A stretch of DNA of 51,807 bases from Paracoccaceae bacterium (lineage in GTDB: Bacteria; Pseudomonadota; Alphaproteobacteria; Rhodobacterales; Rhodobacteraceae). Of this stretch, positions 1-9,770 are shown in pieces (within the stretch, counting starts at the first letter, position 1; each line of letters begins with the position of its first letter). The translations under genes and the position numbers were made by a program. The stretch is from positions 1-51,807 of the forward strand of contig JBDHSS010000001.1 in the NCBI GenBank assembly GCA_039808205.1, written 5' to 3'. The notes beneath the pieces were generated by a model. The model saw only the letters and a program-made list of their open reading frames with translations. It was not told the DNA's origin and did not search any database.

Positions 1-1
1 G

Positions 2-109
2 GAGCTGGCCGGGGCGCGCGTCGCCGGCGGGCCGCTCGGCGCGGCGCAGGCGGCGGCGCGGCTGCTGGCGCTGACGTTCGCGCTGCCGGAGGAAGGGGCA
101 GGGGCGTGA
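2..109 (+). CDS. GTA tail assembly chaperone (g10-like), C-terminal fragment
   Basis: Frame 2 reads [35 protein letters not shown]. The stop overlaps the next GTG start (GTGA), and the position in the cluster fits. Confidence 0.75.
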   Translation, partial: ELAGARVAGGPLGAAQAAARLLALTFALPEEGAGA

Positions 110-315
110 CGCGGATCGCCTGGGCGGGGCTGATGCGGCTCGGCCTCGTCGAGCTCCGGCTGGCTCCGGATGTGTTCTGGAGCCTGACGCCCGCCGAGCT
201 GACGCTGATGGCAGGGGATGTCGCGCGGGCGCCGGAGGCCTTGACGCGCGCCGGGTTGGTGGCGCTGGCGGAGCGGTTTCCGGATGCGCCGCGCGGAGAG
301 ACGCAAGGAAGCTGA
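106..315 (+). CDS. GTA small tail assembly chaperone (rcc01693-like)
   Basis: W.GLMR.GL..LRL.P..FW.LTPAEL motif and L..L...FPD end; directly upstream of the tape measure gene. Confidence 0.88.
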   Translation: MTRIAWAGLMRLGLVELRLAPDVFWSLTPAELTLMAGDVARAPEALTRAGLVALAERFPDAPRGETQGS

Positions 316-986
316 TGATGACGGAATTCGAGGACGACTTCGGCGGGCTCGAGAGCCAGTTCGCCGGGCTGCAGGGCACGGTGGCGGGGCTCCAGAGCGT
401 CACCGGCGCGTTCCAGCGCGAGCTCGACGGCGTGCAGGGCAGCATGAAGGCGGCCGGGCGCGAGGCGAGCGGGATGTCGAGCTCGGTCACGTCCTCGGTT
501 CGGCGGGCATTCGAGGGGGTGATCTTCGACGGCAAGCGTCTGTCCGACGCCCTGGCGGGAGTCGGACGGAGCCTGTCGTCGTCGGTGCTGAGCAAGGCGA
601 TCGCGCCGGTGCAGGGCGCGATCGGCTCGGCAGTCGGCAAGGGGATGCAGTCGATCCTGGGCGGGCTCCTGCCGTTCGCGGATGGCGCGGCATTCAGCGC
701 CGGCCGGGTCGCGGCCTTCGCGCGCGGCGGGGTGGTGGACGGGCCGACGCACTTTCCGATGCGCGGCGGCCTCGGGCTGATGGGCGAGGCGGGGCCTGAG
801 GCGATCGTGCCGCTGGCGCGGGGTGCAGACGGCAAGCTCGGCATCCGCTCGGGCGGCAGCGGCGGGGGTTCGGTGCACGTCACCATGAACATCTCGACGC
901 CCGACGTGGCCGGCTTCCAGCGCTCGCAGAGCCAGGTCGCGGCCGAGATGAGCCGTGCGCTGCAGCGCGGCCGGCGCAATCTCTGA
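315..986 (+). CDS. GTA tail tape measure protein (g11-like)
   Basis: FARGGVV..PT.FPMRGG.GLMGEAGPEAIVPL.RG.DGKLG and STPDVAGFQRSQSQ motifs; only 223 aa, as expected for a short tail. Confidence 0.93.
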   Translation: MMTEFEDDFGGLESQFAGLQGTVAGLQSVTGAFQRELDGVQGSMKAAGREASGMSSSVTSSVRRAFEGVIFDGKRLSDALAGVGRSLSSSVLSKAIAPVQGAIGSAVGKGMQSILGGLLPFADGAAFSAGRVAAFARGGVVDGPTHFPMRGGLGLMGEAGPEAIVPLARGADGKLGIRSGGSGGGSVHVTMNISTPDVAGFQRSQSQVAAEMSRALQRGRRNL

Positions 987-998
987 CGGAGGGTTTCG

Positions 999-1631
999 AT
1001 GAGCTTTCACGAGGTTCGGTTCCCGGCGGCGCTGTCGGTCGGCTCGAGCGGCGGGCCGGAGCGGCGCACAGAGATCGTGACGCTCTCGAACGGCTTCGAG
1101 GAGCGCAACTCGCCGTGGGCGCATTCGCGGCGGCGCTACGATGCGGGCCTCGGCGTGCGGTCGCTCGACGACCTTCAGGAGGTCGTGGCCTTCTTCGAGG
1201 CGCGGCACGGGCAGCTCTATGGGTTCCGCTGGAAGGACTGGACGGACTTCAAGTCGTGCGCGCCGTCGCAGACGCCGGCGGCCCTTGACCAGCGCATCGG
1301 CACCGGCGACGGGGCGGCGACGCGGTTCGAGCTCAGCAAGACCTATGCGTCGGGTGGGGCGAAGTATCTGAGGCCGATCCGCAAGCCGGTGGCTGGGACG
1401 GTAGTGGTGGCCGTCGGCGGCGCGGTGCTGGTAGAGGGCACGGGGTTCAGCGTCGATGCGGCCACCGGGGCCGTGGTGCTCGGCTCGCCGGCGGCGGCCG
1501 GTGCATCGGTGACGGCGGGGTTCGAGTTCGACGTGCCGGTGCGCTTCGACACCAACCGGATCGCCACCAGCCTCGCGGGGTTTGCTGCAGGCGAGGTGCC
1601 GTCTATCCCGGTGATCGAGGTGCGGGTCTGA
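999..1631 (+). CDS. GTA distal tail protein (DUF2460/TIGR02217, g12-like)
   Basis: MSFHEVRFP..SGGPERRT, FFEAR.GQLYGFRWKDW, TAGFEFDVPVRFD motifs. Confidence 0.94.
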   Translation: MSFHEVRFPAALSVGSSGGPERRTEIVTLSNGFEERNSPWAHSRRRYDAGLGVRSLDDLQEVVAFFEARHGQLYGFRWKDWTDFKSCAPSQTPAALDQRIGTGDGAATRFELSKTYASGGAKYLRPIRKPVAGTVVVAVGGAVLVEGTGFSVDAATGAVVLGSPAAAGASVTAGFEFDVPVRFDTNRIATSLAGFAAGEVPSIPVIEVRV

Positions 1632-2518
1632 TGCGCGCGATCCAGCCGGAACTGCAGGCGCGGCTCGACAGCGGCGCGACGCGGCTCTGCCACTGCTGGC
1701 GCGTCGATCGCTCGGACGGGGCGGCCTTCGGCTTCACCGATCATGATTGCGACCTGGAGTTCGAGGGCCTGGCGTTTCGAGCCGGCAGCGGCATGGATGC
1801 GAGCGCGCTGCAGGCGGCGACGGGGCTGAGCGTCGACAACGCGCAGGCGAGCGGCGCCTTGAGCGACGCGGCGGTCAGCGAGGCGGACGTGAGCGCCGGC
1901 AAGTACGACGGCGCGCGGATTCGGCACTGGCTGGTCGACTGGGAGCGGCCGGAACTCCGGGTGCTGATCTTTGCGGGGACGTTCGGCGAGATCCGGCGCC
2001 TCGACGGGGCGTTCGAGGTGGAGATGCGCGGCCTGGCCGAGCCGCTGAACGCGCCGGTCGGGCGCTCGGTGCTGCGGACTTGCGATCGGGCGCTCGGCGA
2101 TGCGCGCTGCGGTTTCGACGCCGCGCAGCCGGGATTTTCCGCCGAGGGCGTGGTGATCGACGGTGCGGGCGGCGCGATCCTCGCCGGTGGGCTCGACGGG
2201 TTCGCCGATGGTTGGTTCGACCAAGGAAACTTGAGCTGGCTGAGCGGTGCGAATGCCGGCCAGCGGCTGGTGGTGCAGCTCGACCGAGTCGTGGCGGACG
2301 GCCGGCGGATCCGGACCTGGGAGGCGCCCGCGCGGCCGGTGGCGGCGGGAGATCGCTTCCGCGTGGTGGCCGGCTGCGACAAGCGCGCGGAAACCTGTCG
2401 GCAGAAATTCGGCAACCTGCTGAACTTTCGCGGCTTTCCGCATCTGCCCGGCGACGACTGGGTGACGGCCTATCCGACCGACGGGGCAATTCATGACGGC
2501 GCAAGTCAGCAAGGCTGA
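1631..2518 (+). CDS. GTA baseplate hub protein (DUF2163, g13-like)
   Basis: GFTDHD motif, C...LGD.RC, and the Cys-rich GCDK..TC..KF.N..NFRGFPHLPG C-terminus. Confidence 0.93.
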   Translation: MRAIQPELQARLDSGATRLCHCWRVDRSDGAAFGFTDHDCDLEFEGLAFRAGSGMDASALQAATGLSVDNAQASGALSDAAVSEADVSAGKYDGARIRHWLVDWERPELRVLIFAGTFGEIRRLDGAFEVEMRGLAEPLNAPVGRSVLRTCDRALGDARCGFDAAQPGFSAEGVVIDGAGGAILAGGLDGFADGWFDQGNLSWLSGANAGQRLVVQLDRVVADGRRIRTWEAPARPVAAGDRFRVVAGCDKRAETCRQKFGNLLNFRGFPHLPGDDWVTAYPTDGAIHDGASQQG

Positions 2519-2951
2519 GGACATCGTGGCGCGGGCGCGGCTGTGGATTGGCACGCCCTATCGGCATCAGGCGAGCTGCCGCGGCGCGGGCACCGACTGC
2601 CTCGGGCTGTTGCGCGGGCTGTGGCGCGAGGTGCTCGGGCCGGAGCCGGAGGCGGTGCCGGCCTACACCGCGGACTGGTCGGAGCCGGCGCGGTCGGAGG
2701 ATCTGCTCGCGGCGGCGCGACGGAACTTTCGCGAGGTCGCGGTGGACAAGGCGGAGGACGGCGACGTGCTGGTGCTGCGGATGCGGGAGGGCGGCGTGGC
2801 CAAGCATGTCGGGATTCGCGCCACGTCGCCCGCGGGCACGCCGACGCTCATCCACGCCTATTCCGGCCACGGCGTCGTCGAGTCGCCGCTGACCCCGGCG
2901 TGGTCGCGGCGGATCGCCGGCGTGTTTCGTTTTGCGGTGAGGGCAGTCTGA
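2493..2951 (+). CDS. GTA NlpC/P60 cell-wall peptidase (g14-like)
   Basis: W.GTPY.HQAS..G.G.DCLGL catalytic Cys motif, KHVGI and IHAY His motifs. Confidence 0.93.
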   Translation: MTAQVSKAEDIVARARLWIGTPYRHQASCRGAGTDCLGLLRGLWREVLGPEPEAVPAYTADWSEPARSEDLLAAARRNFREVAVDKAEDGDVLVLRMREGGVAKHVGIRATSPAGTPTLIHAYSGHGVVESPLTPAWSRRIAGVFRFAVRAV

Positions 2952-5900
2952 TGGCGACGCTGGTTCTGGCGGCGGCGGGGTCGGCGCTCGGCGGCGCTCT
3001 CGGCGGCTCGATCGCGGGATTGGGCGTCGCGGCGCTCGGCAAGGCGGCCGGGGCGATGCTCGGGTCGGCGATCGACCAGCGCCTGCTTGGCGCCGGCTCC
3101 GCGCCGGTCGAGACCGGGCGGGTCGAGCAGTTCCGGGTGATGGGCTCGAGCGAAGGCTCGGCGCTGCCACGCGCGTTCGGGCGCAACCGCGTCGCGGGAC
3201 AGCTGATCTGGTCGAGCCGCTTCCTCGAGCACGTGAGCACCGCGACGGTCGGCGGGAAGGGCGGCGGCGCCAGCGTGCGGGAATACTCGTATTCAGTCAG
3301 CTTCGCGGTGGCGCTGTCGGAAGGTGTGCTGAGCCGTATCGGCCGGATCTGGGCGGACGGACAGGCGATCGACCAGACCGGTCTAACCATCCGGCTGCAC
3401 CCCGGCACCGAGGACCAGATGCCCGATCCGCTGATCGAGGCGATCGAGGGCGCGGGGCGCGCGCCGGCCTATCGCGGCACCGCCTACGTGGTGATCGAGG
3501 CGCTCGACCTGACGCCCTATGGCAACCGGATCCCGCAGCTCAACTTCGAGATCTTCCGCCGTCCGCCCGACGACCTCGGGATTGTGCCGCGTTCGCCGGC
3601 GCTCGACGTGCGCGGCGTGGCGCTGGTGCCGGGGACGGGGGAGTATTCGCTGGCGACGGAGCCGGTCTTCCTGCGGCGTGGGCAGGCCGACGGCACCGTC
3701 GCCAACGTGCACAACGATCGCGGCGTGCCGGATCTGGTGGCGTCGGTCGATCAGCTGGTGGCCGAGGTGCCGGGCGTCGAGTCGGTGTCGCTGGTCGCGA
3801 CCTGGTTCGGCGATGACCTGCGCTGCGACCGCTGCACGCTGCGGCCCGCGGTCGAGCAGCGCGAGGAGGACGGCAGCCCGATGCCCTGGGTGGTGAGCGG
3901 GCAGCCGCGCGAGCATGCGCGCGTGGTGAGCCGGGTGGACGGGCGGCCAATTTTCGGCGGCACGCCGGCGGACGCCTCGATCGTGCAGGCGATCTCGCAC
4001 CTGCGCGGGCTGGGGCAGGCCGTCATGTTCTATCCGTTCATTCTGATGGACATTCAGTCGGGGAACAGGCTGGCCGATCCGTGGACCGGCGCGCCGGACC
4101 AGCCGGCGGTGCCGTGGCGAGGGCGCATTACGCTGGCGCGGGCGGCGGGCACGAGCGGCAGCGCCGACAAGACGGCGGCGGCTGCGGCGGACGTCGCGGC
4201 CTTTTTCGGTCAGGCGCGTGTGTCTGACTTTCACGCGGCGGGCACGACGGTGACGTACTCCGGGCCGGACGAGTGGTCGTATCGGCGCTTCGTGCTGCAC
4301 TATGCCCACCTCTGCGCGCTGGCGGGCGGCGTCGAGGCGTTCTGCATCGGCAGCGAGATGCGCGGGCTGACCCAGATCCGAGACGCGGCAGACGGGTATC
4401 CGGCGGTGCGGGCGCTGATCGAGCTGGCAGCCGACGTTCGGCGCGTCCTTCCCGACGCACGGATCGGCTATGCGGCGGACTGGTCGGAGTACTTCGGTCA
4501 TCAACCGGCGGATGGATCGGGTGACGTCGTGTTCCACCTCGATCCGCTCTGGGCCTGTGACGACGTCGATTTCGTCGGCATCGACAACTACATGCCCCTC
4601 TCCGACTGGCGCGACGGCGCGACGCACGCGGATGCGGCGGCGGGGTCGATCTACGATCTCGACTATCTGCGGGGCAACGTCGCGGGAGGCGAGGGCTACG
4701 ACTGGTTCTATTCCGATCCCGCGGCGCGTGACGCGCAGCTGCGATCGCCCATCAGCGATGGTGCCTATGGCGAGCCGTGGGTCTTCCGCTACAAGGATCT
4801 CGCGAACTGGTGGGGGCGGCGGCACTTCAACCGCATTGGTGGCGTACGACAGGTTGAGGCCACGGCGTGGCAGCCGCGGTCGAAGCCGATCTGGTTCACC
4901 GAGCTCGGGTGCCCGGCGGTGGACAAGGGCACCAACCAGCCGAATGTCTTCCACGATCCGAAGTCATCGGAGAGCTTCTTTCCATATTATTCGAGCGGGC
5001 AGCGCGACGACCTGATCCAGCACCGCTATCTGCAGGCGATGCTCGGCCACTGGAACGACCCGGCGAACAACCCGGCGTCGGACACCTACGCGGGCCGAAT
5101 GGTCGACATGTCGCGAGCCCACGTGTGGGCGTGGGATGCGCGGCCGTGGCCGGACTTTCCCGAGCGCGCCGACACCTGGGTGGACGGCGCAAACTACGAG
5201 AGCGGCCACTGGCTGAATGGGCGGACCAGCGTCGCAGCACTCGGCGAAGTCGTCGCCGAGATCTGCACGCGCAGCGGCGTGGAAGAGATCGACGTCTCGC
5301 GGCTGCATGGCAGCGTGACCGGGTATCTCGTCGATGCGGTCGAAAGCGGCCGGCAAAGCCTGCAACCGCTGATCGTGGCACATGGCTTCGACAGCTATGC
5401 CGTCGGCGAGACCATGACCTTCGCCAGTCGTGGCGCCGTCGTCGCGGCGGAGATCGATCGGGACCGTTGCGTCGTGCGGGAGTCGCAGCCGGTGCTGTCG
5501 CTCGTCCGGGCGCCAGCGCTCGAGACCGCGGATCGTGTCACCGTCGGATTCGTGCGGGCGGACGGTGATTATCTGACTGGTGCGGCCGAGGCGCTGGCGC
5601 CGCAGGCGCACGAGCCGCGCGCGGAGCAGACCTCGGTGCCGCTGGTCATGAGCGAGGCCGAGGCGCAGGCGGTGGCGGCCAGAGCGCTGAGCGAGGGCCG
5701 GATCGCGCGGGACAGCCTGAGCTGTGCGCTGCCGCAGTCGATGCTGCGGATCACGCTCGCCGACGTGCTGCGGCTGCGGGATGCGGACGGCAACGGCGCG
5801 CTGTTCCGGATCGACCGGATCGAGGAGGCCGGATCGCGGTCGCTCAGCGGCGTGCGCATCGAGCCGTTCGTCTACGATGCGCCGCAACGGTCGAGGCCGC

Positions 5901-6859
5901 GCCGTGGCGCGCCGCGGCTCATGGCGCCATCGCCGGTCTCGGCGACGTTCCTGGACCTCCCGCTGCTGACCGGAGCGGAGGATCCGGTTTCGCCGCATTT
6001 GGCCGTCACGCGCGTGCCATGGAGCGGCGCGGTGGCGGTGTACTCGTCCGAGAGCGATGCGGGTTACGTATTTGATCGCACCCTGAGGCGACCGGCGACG
6101 GTCGGGAGGTTGCTCGATCCGCTGCGGACGGCGGCGCCCGGGCTCTGGAGTTCGGCGGAGGTGCGGGTTCGGCTGGCTTGCGGGGCGCTGCAATCCCGCG
6201 AGGATGCTGACGTTCTTGGCGGTGCCAATGTCGCGGCGCTGCGGTTCGGCGTGGGCGGCGACTGGGAGGTGGTGCAATTCAGCAGGGCGACGCTGGTCGC
6301 GCCGGCCGTCTATCGCCTCGGCGGTTTCCTGCGCGGGCAGGCCGGCACCGACTGGCTCATTCCCGCGGAGTGGCCGGTCGGAACCGACTTCGTGCTGCTG
6401 GACGGCGCGGTTGCGCAGGTGACGCTGCCGCCGTCGCTGCGGCAGATCGAGCGGCACTATCGCATCGGAACGGCATCGCGCGCCTACGACGACGCGAGCT
6501 ATGTGCACCGAGTCGAAACCTTCGATGGCGCCGGACTGCGGCCGTATCGGCCGGCGCACCTGATCGCGGCACGGCTTGCCGACGGCGCCCTGCGGTTCGA
6601 CTGGGTTCGGCGCACCCGGCTCGACGGCGACAGTTGGCTCGGCACGGATGTGCCGCTCGGCGAGGAGAGCGAGGCCTATCTCGTCCGGGTTCGCGCCGGT
6701 GACGCGGTGCTGCGCGAGGCCGCCAGCACCACTCCGCAGTTCCATTATTCCCGCGCGGACCAGCTGGCTGACGGTGTCGGCCAGCGCGTCTTCGAGGTGG
6801 CGCAGCTTTCGACCCGGTTCGGGCCGGGGCCTTTCCAAGGGATGGAAGTCGATGTCTAG
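2951..6859 (+). CDS. GTA baseplate multidomain protein (megatron, g15-like)
   Basis: True start MATLVLAAAG at 2951 overlapping the upstream stop. PAYRGTAYVV, YGNRIPQ, YAADWSEY, GIDNYMP, KPIWFTE and WAWDARP motifs. Confidence 0.94.
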   Translation: MATLVLAAAGSALGGALGGSIAGLGVAALGKAAGAMLGSAIDQRLLGAGSAPVETGRVEQFRVMGSSEGSALPRAFGRNRVAGQLIWSSRFLEHVSTATVGGKGGGASVREYSYSVSFAVALSEGVLSRIGRIWADGQAIDQTGLTIRLHPGTEDQMPDPLIEAIEGAGRAPAYRGTAYVVIEALDLTPYGNRIPQLNFEIFRRPPDDLGIVPRSPALDVRGVALVPGTGEYSLATEPVFLRRGQADGTVANVHNDRGVPDLVASVDQLVAEVPGVESVSLVATWFGDDLRCDRCTLRPAVEQREEDGSPMPWVVSGQPREHARVVSRVDGRPIFGGTPADASIVQAISHLRGLGQAVMFYPFILMDIQSGNRLADPWTGAPDQPAVPWRGRITLARAAGTSGSADKTAAAAADVAAFFGQARVSDFHAAGTTVTYSGPDEWSYRRFVLHYAHLCALAGGVEAFCIGSEMRGLTQIRDAADGYPAVRALIELAADVRRVLPDARIGYAADWSEYFGHQPADGSGDVVFHLDPLWACDDVDFVGIDNYMPLSDWRDGATHADAAAGSIYDLDYLRGNVAGGEGYDWFYSDPAARDAQLRSPISDGAYGEPWVFRYKDLANWWGRRHFNRIGGVRQVEATAWQPRSKPIWFTELGCPAVDKGTNQPNVFHDPKSSESFFPYYSSGQRDDLIQHRYLQAMLGHWNDPANNPASDTYAGRMVDMSRAHVWAWDARPWPDFPERADTWVDGANYESGHWLNGRTSVAALGEVVAEICTRSGVEEIDVSRLHGSVTGYLVDAVESGRQSLQPLIVAHGFDSYAVGETMTFASRGAVVAAEIDRDRCVVRESQPVLSLVRAPALETADRVTVGFVRADGDYLTGAAEALAPQAHEPRAEQTSVPLVMSEAEAQAVAARALSEGRIARDSLSCALPQSMLRITLADVLRLRDADGNGALFRIDRIEEAGSRSLSGVRIEPFVYDAPQRSRPRRGAPRLMAPSPVSATFLDLPLLTGAEDPVSPHLAVTRVPWSGAVAVYSSESDAGYVFDRTLRRPATVGRLLDPLRTAAPGLWSSAEVRVRLACGALQSREDADVLGGANVAALRFGVGGDWEVVQFSRATLVAPAVYRLGGFLRGQAGTDWLIPAEWPVGTDFVLLDGAVAQVTLPPSLRQIERHYRIGTASRAYDDASYVHRVETFDGAGLRPYRPAHLIAARLADGALRFDWVRRTRLDGDSWLGTDVPLGEESEAYLVRVRAGDAVLREAASTTPQFHYSRADQLADGVGQRVFEVAQLSTRFGPGPFQGMEVDV

Positions 6860-7568
6860 AACCGCACGGTTGTCCTTGCCGCTCGTCATGCCGGCGCAGG
6901 CGCAGAAGCACGTCACGGTGAACCAGGCGCTGGCTATGCTCGACGCGGTCGTTCAGCTGAGCGTCGTGTCGTCGAACCTGACCGTACCACCGAGCGCGGC
7001 GGCGGAGGGCGACAGCTTCATCGTGCCGGGCGGCGCTTCCGGCGCCTGGCTGGGCAAGACCGGCGCCGTCGCAGTCTGGAGCAATGGCGGGTGGATGTTC
7101 CTGTCGCCGCGAGCCGGGTGGCGGGCCTGGGATGCGGCGCGCTCTGCGTGGCAGATCCATGACGGGACGTCCTGGGTCGCGGAGGCGTTGGCGGTGTCGC
7201 CTGGCGGGGCCTGCCTGCGGGCGAGCATTCTCGAGTTCGATCATGCGGTGACACCTGGGGGGAGCAACCCGACCTCCATCGCGATCCCGGCCGGCGTCCA
7301 GGTGCTGGGGGTCTCCGGGCGCGTGACTTCGGCACTCACCGGCACCGGGCTCTCCAGTTGGCGCGTAGGGGTTGCCGGATCGTCGGACCGATACGGTTCG
7401 GGCCTTGGCCTAGGGCGCAACTCCTATGTTGCGGGGCTCACGGGGACACCGGTCACCTATTACAGCGACACGCCGCTACTGCTGACCGCCGAGGGCGGGA
7501 GCTTCGGGTCGGGCGCGGTCCGGCTCGCGGTTCACCTCGTCCGGATCGAGCCGCCGCGGATGGTCTGA
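6852..7568 (+). CDS. DUF2793 protein, putative GTA tail fibre
   Basis: Start MSRTARLSLPLVMPAQAQKHVTVNQAL..LD, the DUF2793 signature; W.F..P..GW.AW motif; overlaps the g15 stop. Confidence 0.88.
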   Translation: MSRTARLSLPLVMPAQAQKHVTVNQALAMLDAVVQLSVVSSNLTVPPSAAAEGDSFIVPGGASGAWLGKTGAVAVWSNGGWMFLSPRAGWRAWDAARSAWQIHDGTSWVAEALAVSPGGACLRASILEFDHAVTPGGSNPTSIAIPAGVQVLGVSGRVTSALTGTGLSSWRVGVAGSSDRYGSGLGLGRNSYVAGLTGTPVTYYSDTPLLLTAEGGSFGSGAVRLAVHLVRIEPPRMV

Positions 7569-7657
7569 GGTCGCAATATCGTCCTTCTGTTTCGCTTGAT
7601 TTCGGCGCTGCACCGGTCCAAGTGCGTTCTCGAACGGCCGACGGAGGGAGCCGAGGA

Positions 7658-8470
7658 ATGCGTTCGCAACCGAGCATTGCCAGTCTGGACCCGGTCTGGT
7701 CGACGATCCGGCATGAGGCGGAGCAGATCGTGCGGGACGAGCCGCTGATGGCGAGCCTCGTGCACGCCGGCATCCTGCATCACAACAGCCTCGAGAAGGC
7801 GTTGAGCTATCGCGTGGCGCAGAAGCTTGCGTCTCCGGAGATGAGCGAGCTTATCCTGCGGGAGATCGTCGATGAGGCTTACGACTCGGACAGTCGGCTC
7901 GGGTTGTCGGCGCGAGCCGACATCATTGCCGTCTTCGAGCGGGATCCCGCGTGCCATCGCTACCTGCAGCCGCTCCTGTTCTTCAAGGGATTCCAGGCGC
8001 TGCAGTGCTATCGCATCGGTCACTGGCTCTGGGAGCACAGGCGTCGCGACATGGCCTATTTCATCCAGATGCGTACGTCGGAGGCGTTCGGGGTCGACAT
8101 CCACCCGGGGGCTCGGGTGGGAAATGGCATCATGATCGATCATGCGCATTCGATCGTGATCGGCGAGACCGCGGTCGTCGGGGACAACGTGTCGATGCTG
8201 CACTCGGTGACGCTCGGGGGCACCGGCAAGGAGGATGGCGACCGACATCCGAAGATCGGAAACGGGGTGCTGATCGGCGCCGGCGCCGCGGTCCTCGGCA
8301 ACATTCGCGTCGGCGGGTGCAGTCGGATTGCCGCCGGGTCGGTCGTCTTGCAGGACGTGCCGCCCTGCAAGACCGTTGCTGGCGTGCCGGCGCGGATCGT
8401 TGGCGAAGCCGGCTGCGCCGAGCCCTCGAAGTCGATGGATCAGCTTCTCGACGAGACGCCGGAACGGTAG
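7658..8470 (+). CDS. cysE: Serine O-acetyltransferase
   Basis: ERDPAC, FKGFQALQ.YR, GVDIHPGA, GGTGKE.GDRHPKIG hexapeptide repeats; GGAG/GAGG-rich RBS region before ATG 7658. Confidence 0.96.
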   Translation: MRSQPSIASLDPVWSTIRHEAEQIVRDEPLMASLVHAGILHHNSLEKALSYRVAQKLASPEMSELILREIVDEAYDSDSRLGLSARADIIAVFERDPACHRYLQPLLFFKGFQALQCYRIGHWLWEHRRRDMAYFIQMRTSEAFGVDIHPGARVGNGIMIDHAHSIVIGETAVVGDNVSMLHSVTLGGTGKEDGDRHPKIGNGVLIGAGAAVLGNIRVGGCSRIAAGSVVLQDVPPCKTVAGVPARIVGEAGCAEPSKSMDQLLDETPER

Positions 8471-8483
8471 GCCTCGGCCGCGG

Positions 8484-9761
8484 TCATGCGAGCATCTCGA
8501 TCGGGTGCTCGAGAAGGTCGATGATGGCGGCGAGGAGCCGGGCTCCCAGCGCGCCGTCGATGACGCGGTGATCGACCGAGAGGGTGAGGGACATTACGGT
8601 GGCAACCTCGATGTCGCCGGATGCTCCGACAACGGGGCGCTTCACGCCGGTGCCCACCGCGAGGATTGCCGCCTGCGGTGGGTTGATCACCGCATCGAAG
8701 CTCTCGACCCCCATCATGCCGAGGTTCGAGACGGCGAAGCTGCCGCCCTGATACTCGGCCGGGGCGAGCTTGCGCTCGCGGGCGCGGGCCGCGAGATCCT
8801 TCATCTCGCGCGACAGCGTTGAGAGCGACTTTGTCTCGGCGTCGCGAATGACTGGCGTGAACAGCCCGCCTTCGACGGCGACCGCGACGGCAATGTCGGA
8901 CGCCCGCAGCCGCAGCAGGCTGTCACCAGCCCAGACGGCATTGCAGTCGGGCACCTGCTGCAGCGCCAGCGCGGCCGCCTTGACCACGAAGTCGTTGACC
9001 GAGAGCTTGACCCCGCGCGCTTCGAGCCGCGTGTTCAGCTCGGCACGGAAGGACAGGAGCGCGTCGAGGCGCGCGTCGCGGCGGAGGTAGAAGTGCGGGA
9101 TCGTCTGCTTTGCTTCGGTGAGCCGAGCTGCGATCGTCCGGCGCATGCCGTCGAGCTTGATCTCGTCGAACGGGCGGTCGGCGTAGAGCCGTTTGACGCC
9201 TTGGCTGTCGGGCTGGGCCGCCGGGGAGGGAATTGGAGCGGCAGTCGCTTGCGGCTGTTGCGGCAGCGCTGCAGTGGGCGCGCGGCTCTCGGCACCACGT
9301 TCAACGTCGGCCTTCACGATCCGCCCGCCAGAGCCTGAGCCACTTATTCCGGTGAGGTCGATCCCGCGTTCGCTTGCGATGCGACGCGCGAGGGGCGAGG
9401 CGATGATCCGCTTGCCTGGCTCGCTTCCGCGGGCCGGGACAGAAGGCACGGCGTTCTCGGGCCGTACGGTCTTCTTTGGGCCCTCGGCCTGGGTGAGGCT
9501 GGCCGCGTCAAGCTCTTCTCCCGGCTCGGCCAGGACGGCGATGAGGTCGTTCACGCGGACGTTCGTGCTGCCTTCCGGCACGACCAGACGGGCGACTGTT
9601 CCCTCGTCGACGCTTTCGAACTCCATCGTGGCCTTGTCGGTCTCGATCTCGGCCAGCACCGTCCCGGACGTGACGCTGTCACCTTCCTTCACGAGCCACT
9701 TCGCCAGCGTGCCCTCCTCCATCGTCGGGGAGAGCGCGGGCATGAGAATGTTGGTCGGCAC
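8484..9761 (-). CDS. pdhC: Pyruvate dehydrogenase E2, dihydrolipoamide acetyltransferase
   Basis: Lipoyl [19 protein letters not shown] subunit-binding domain, catalytic DHRVIDG. Confidence 0.96.
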   Translation of the reverse strand: MPTNILMPALSPTMEEGTLAKWLVKEGDSVTSGTVLAEIETDKATMEFESVDEGTVARLVVPEGSTNVRVNDLIAVLAEPGEELDAASLTQAEGPKKTVRPENAVPSVPARGSEPGKRIIASPLARRIASERGIDLTGISGSGSGGRIVKADVERGAESRAPTAALPQQPQATAAPIPSPAAQPDSQGVKRLYADRPFDEIKLDGMRRTIAARLTEAKQTIPHFYLRRDARLDALLSFRAELNTRLEARGVKLSVNDFVVKAAALALQQVPDCNAVWAGDSLLRLRASDIAVAVAVEGGLFTPVIRDAETKSLSTLSREMKDLAARARERKLAPAEYQGGSFAVSNLGMMGVESFDAVINPPQAAILAVGTGVKRPVVGASGDIEVATVMSLTLSVDHRVIDGALGARLLAAIIDLLEHPIEMLA

Positions 9762-9770
9762 GGGCGAGCC

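Larger units (their letters stand above)
1..7568 (+). mobile_element. RcGTA-like gene transfer agent structural cluster, tail half (5' part outside the window)
   Basis: Tightly overlapping genes in RcGTA order: chaperones, short tape measure, DUF2460, DUF2163, NlpC/P60, large baseplate protein, DUF2793, followed by cysE. No integrase or replication genes in view. Confidence 0.93.

Noticed and set aside
80-115. Programmed frameshift between the two tail chaperone genes (lambda G/GT style)
   Set aside because: No clear X XXY YYZ slippery heptamer; a simple GTGA overlap with an upstream GGAGG explains the layout.
1-7568. Prophage
   Set aside because: Gene order, very short tape measure, cysE linkage and host-like composition fit a GTA; no integrase or replication genes in the window.
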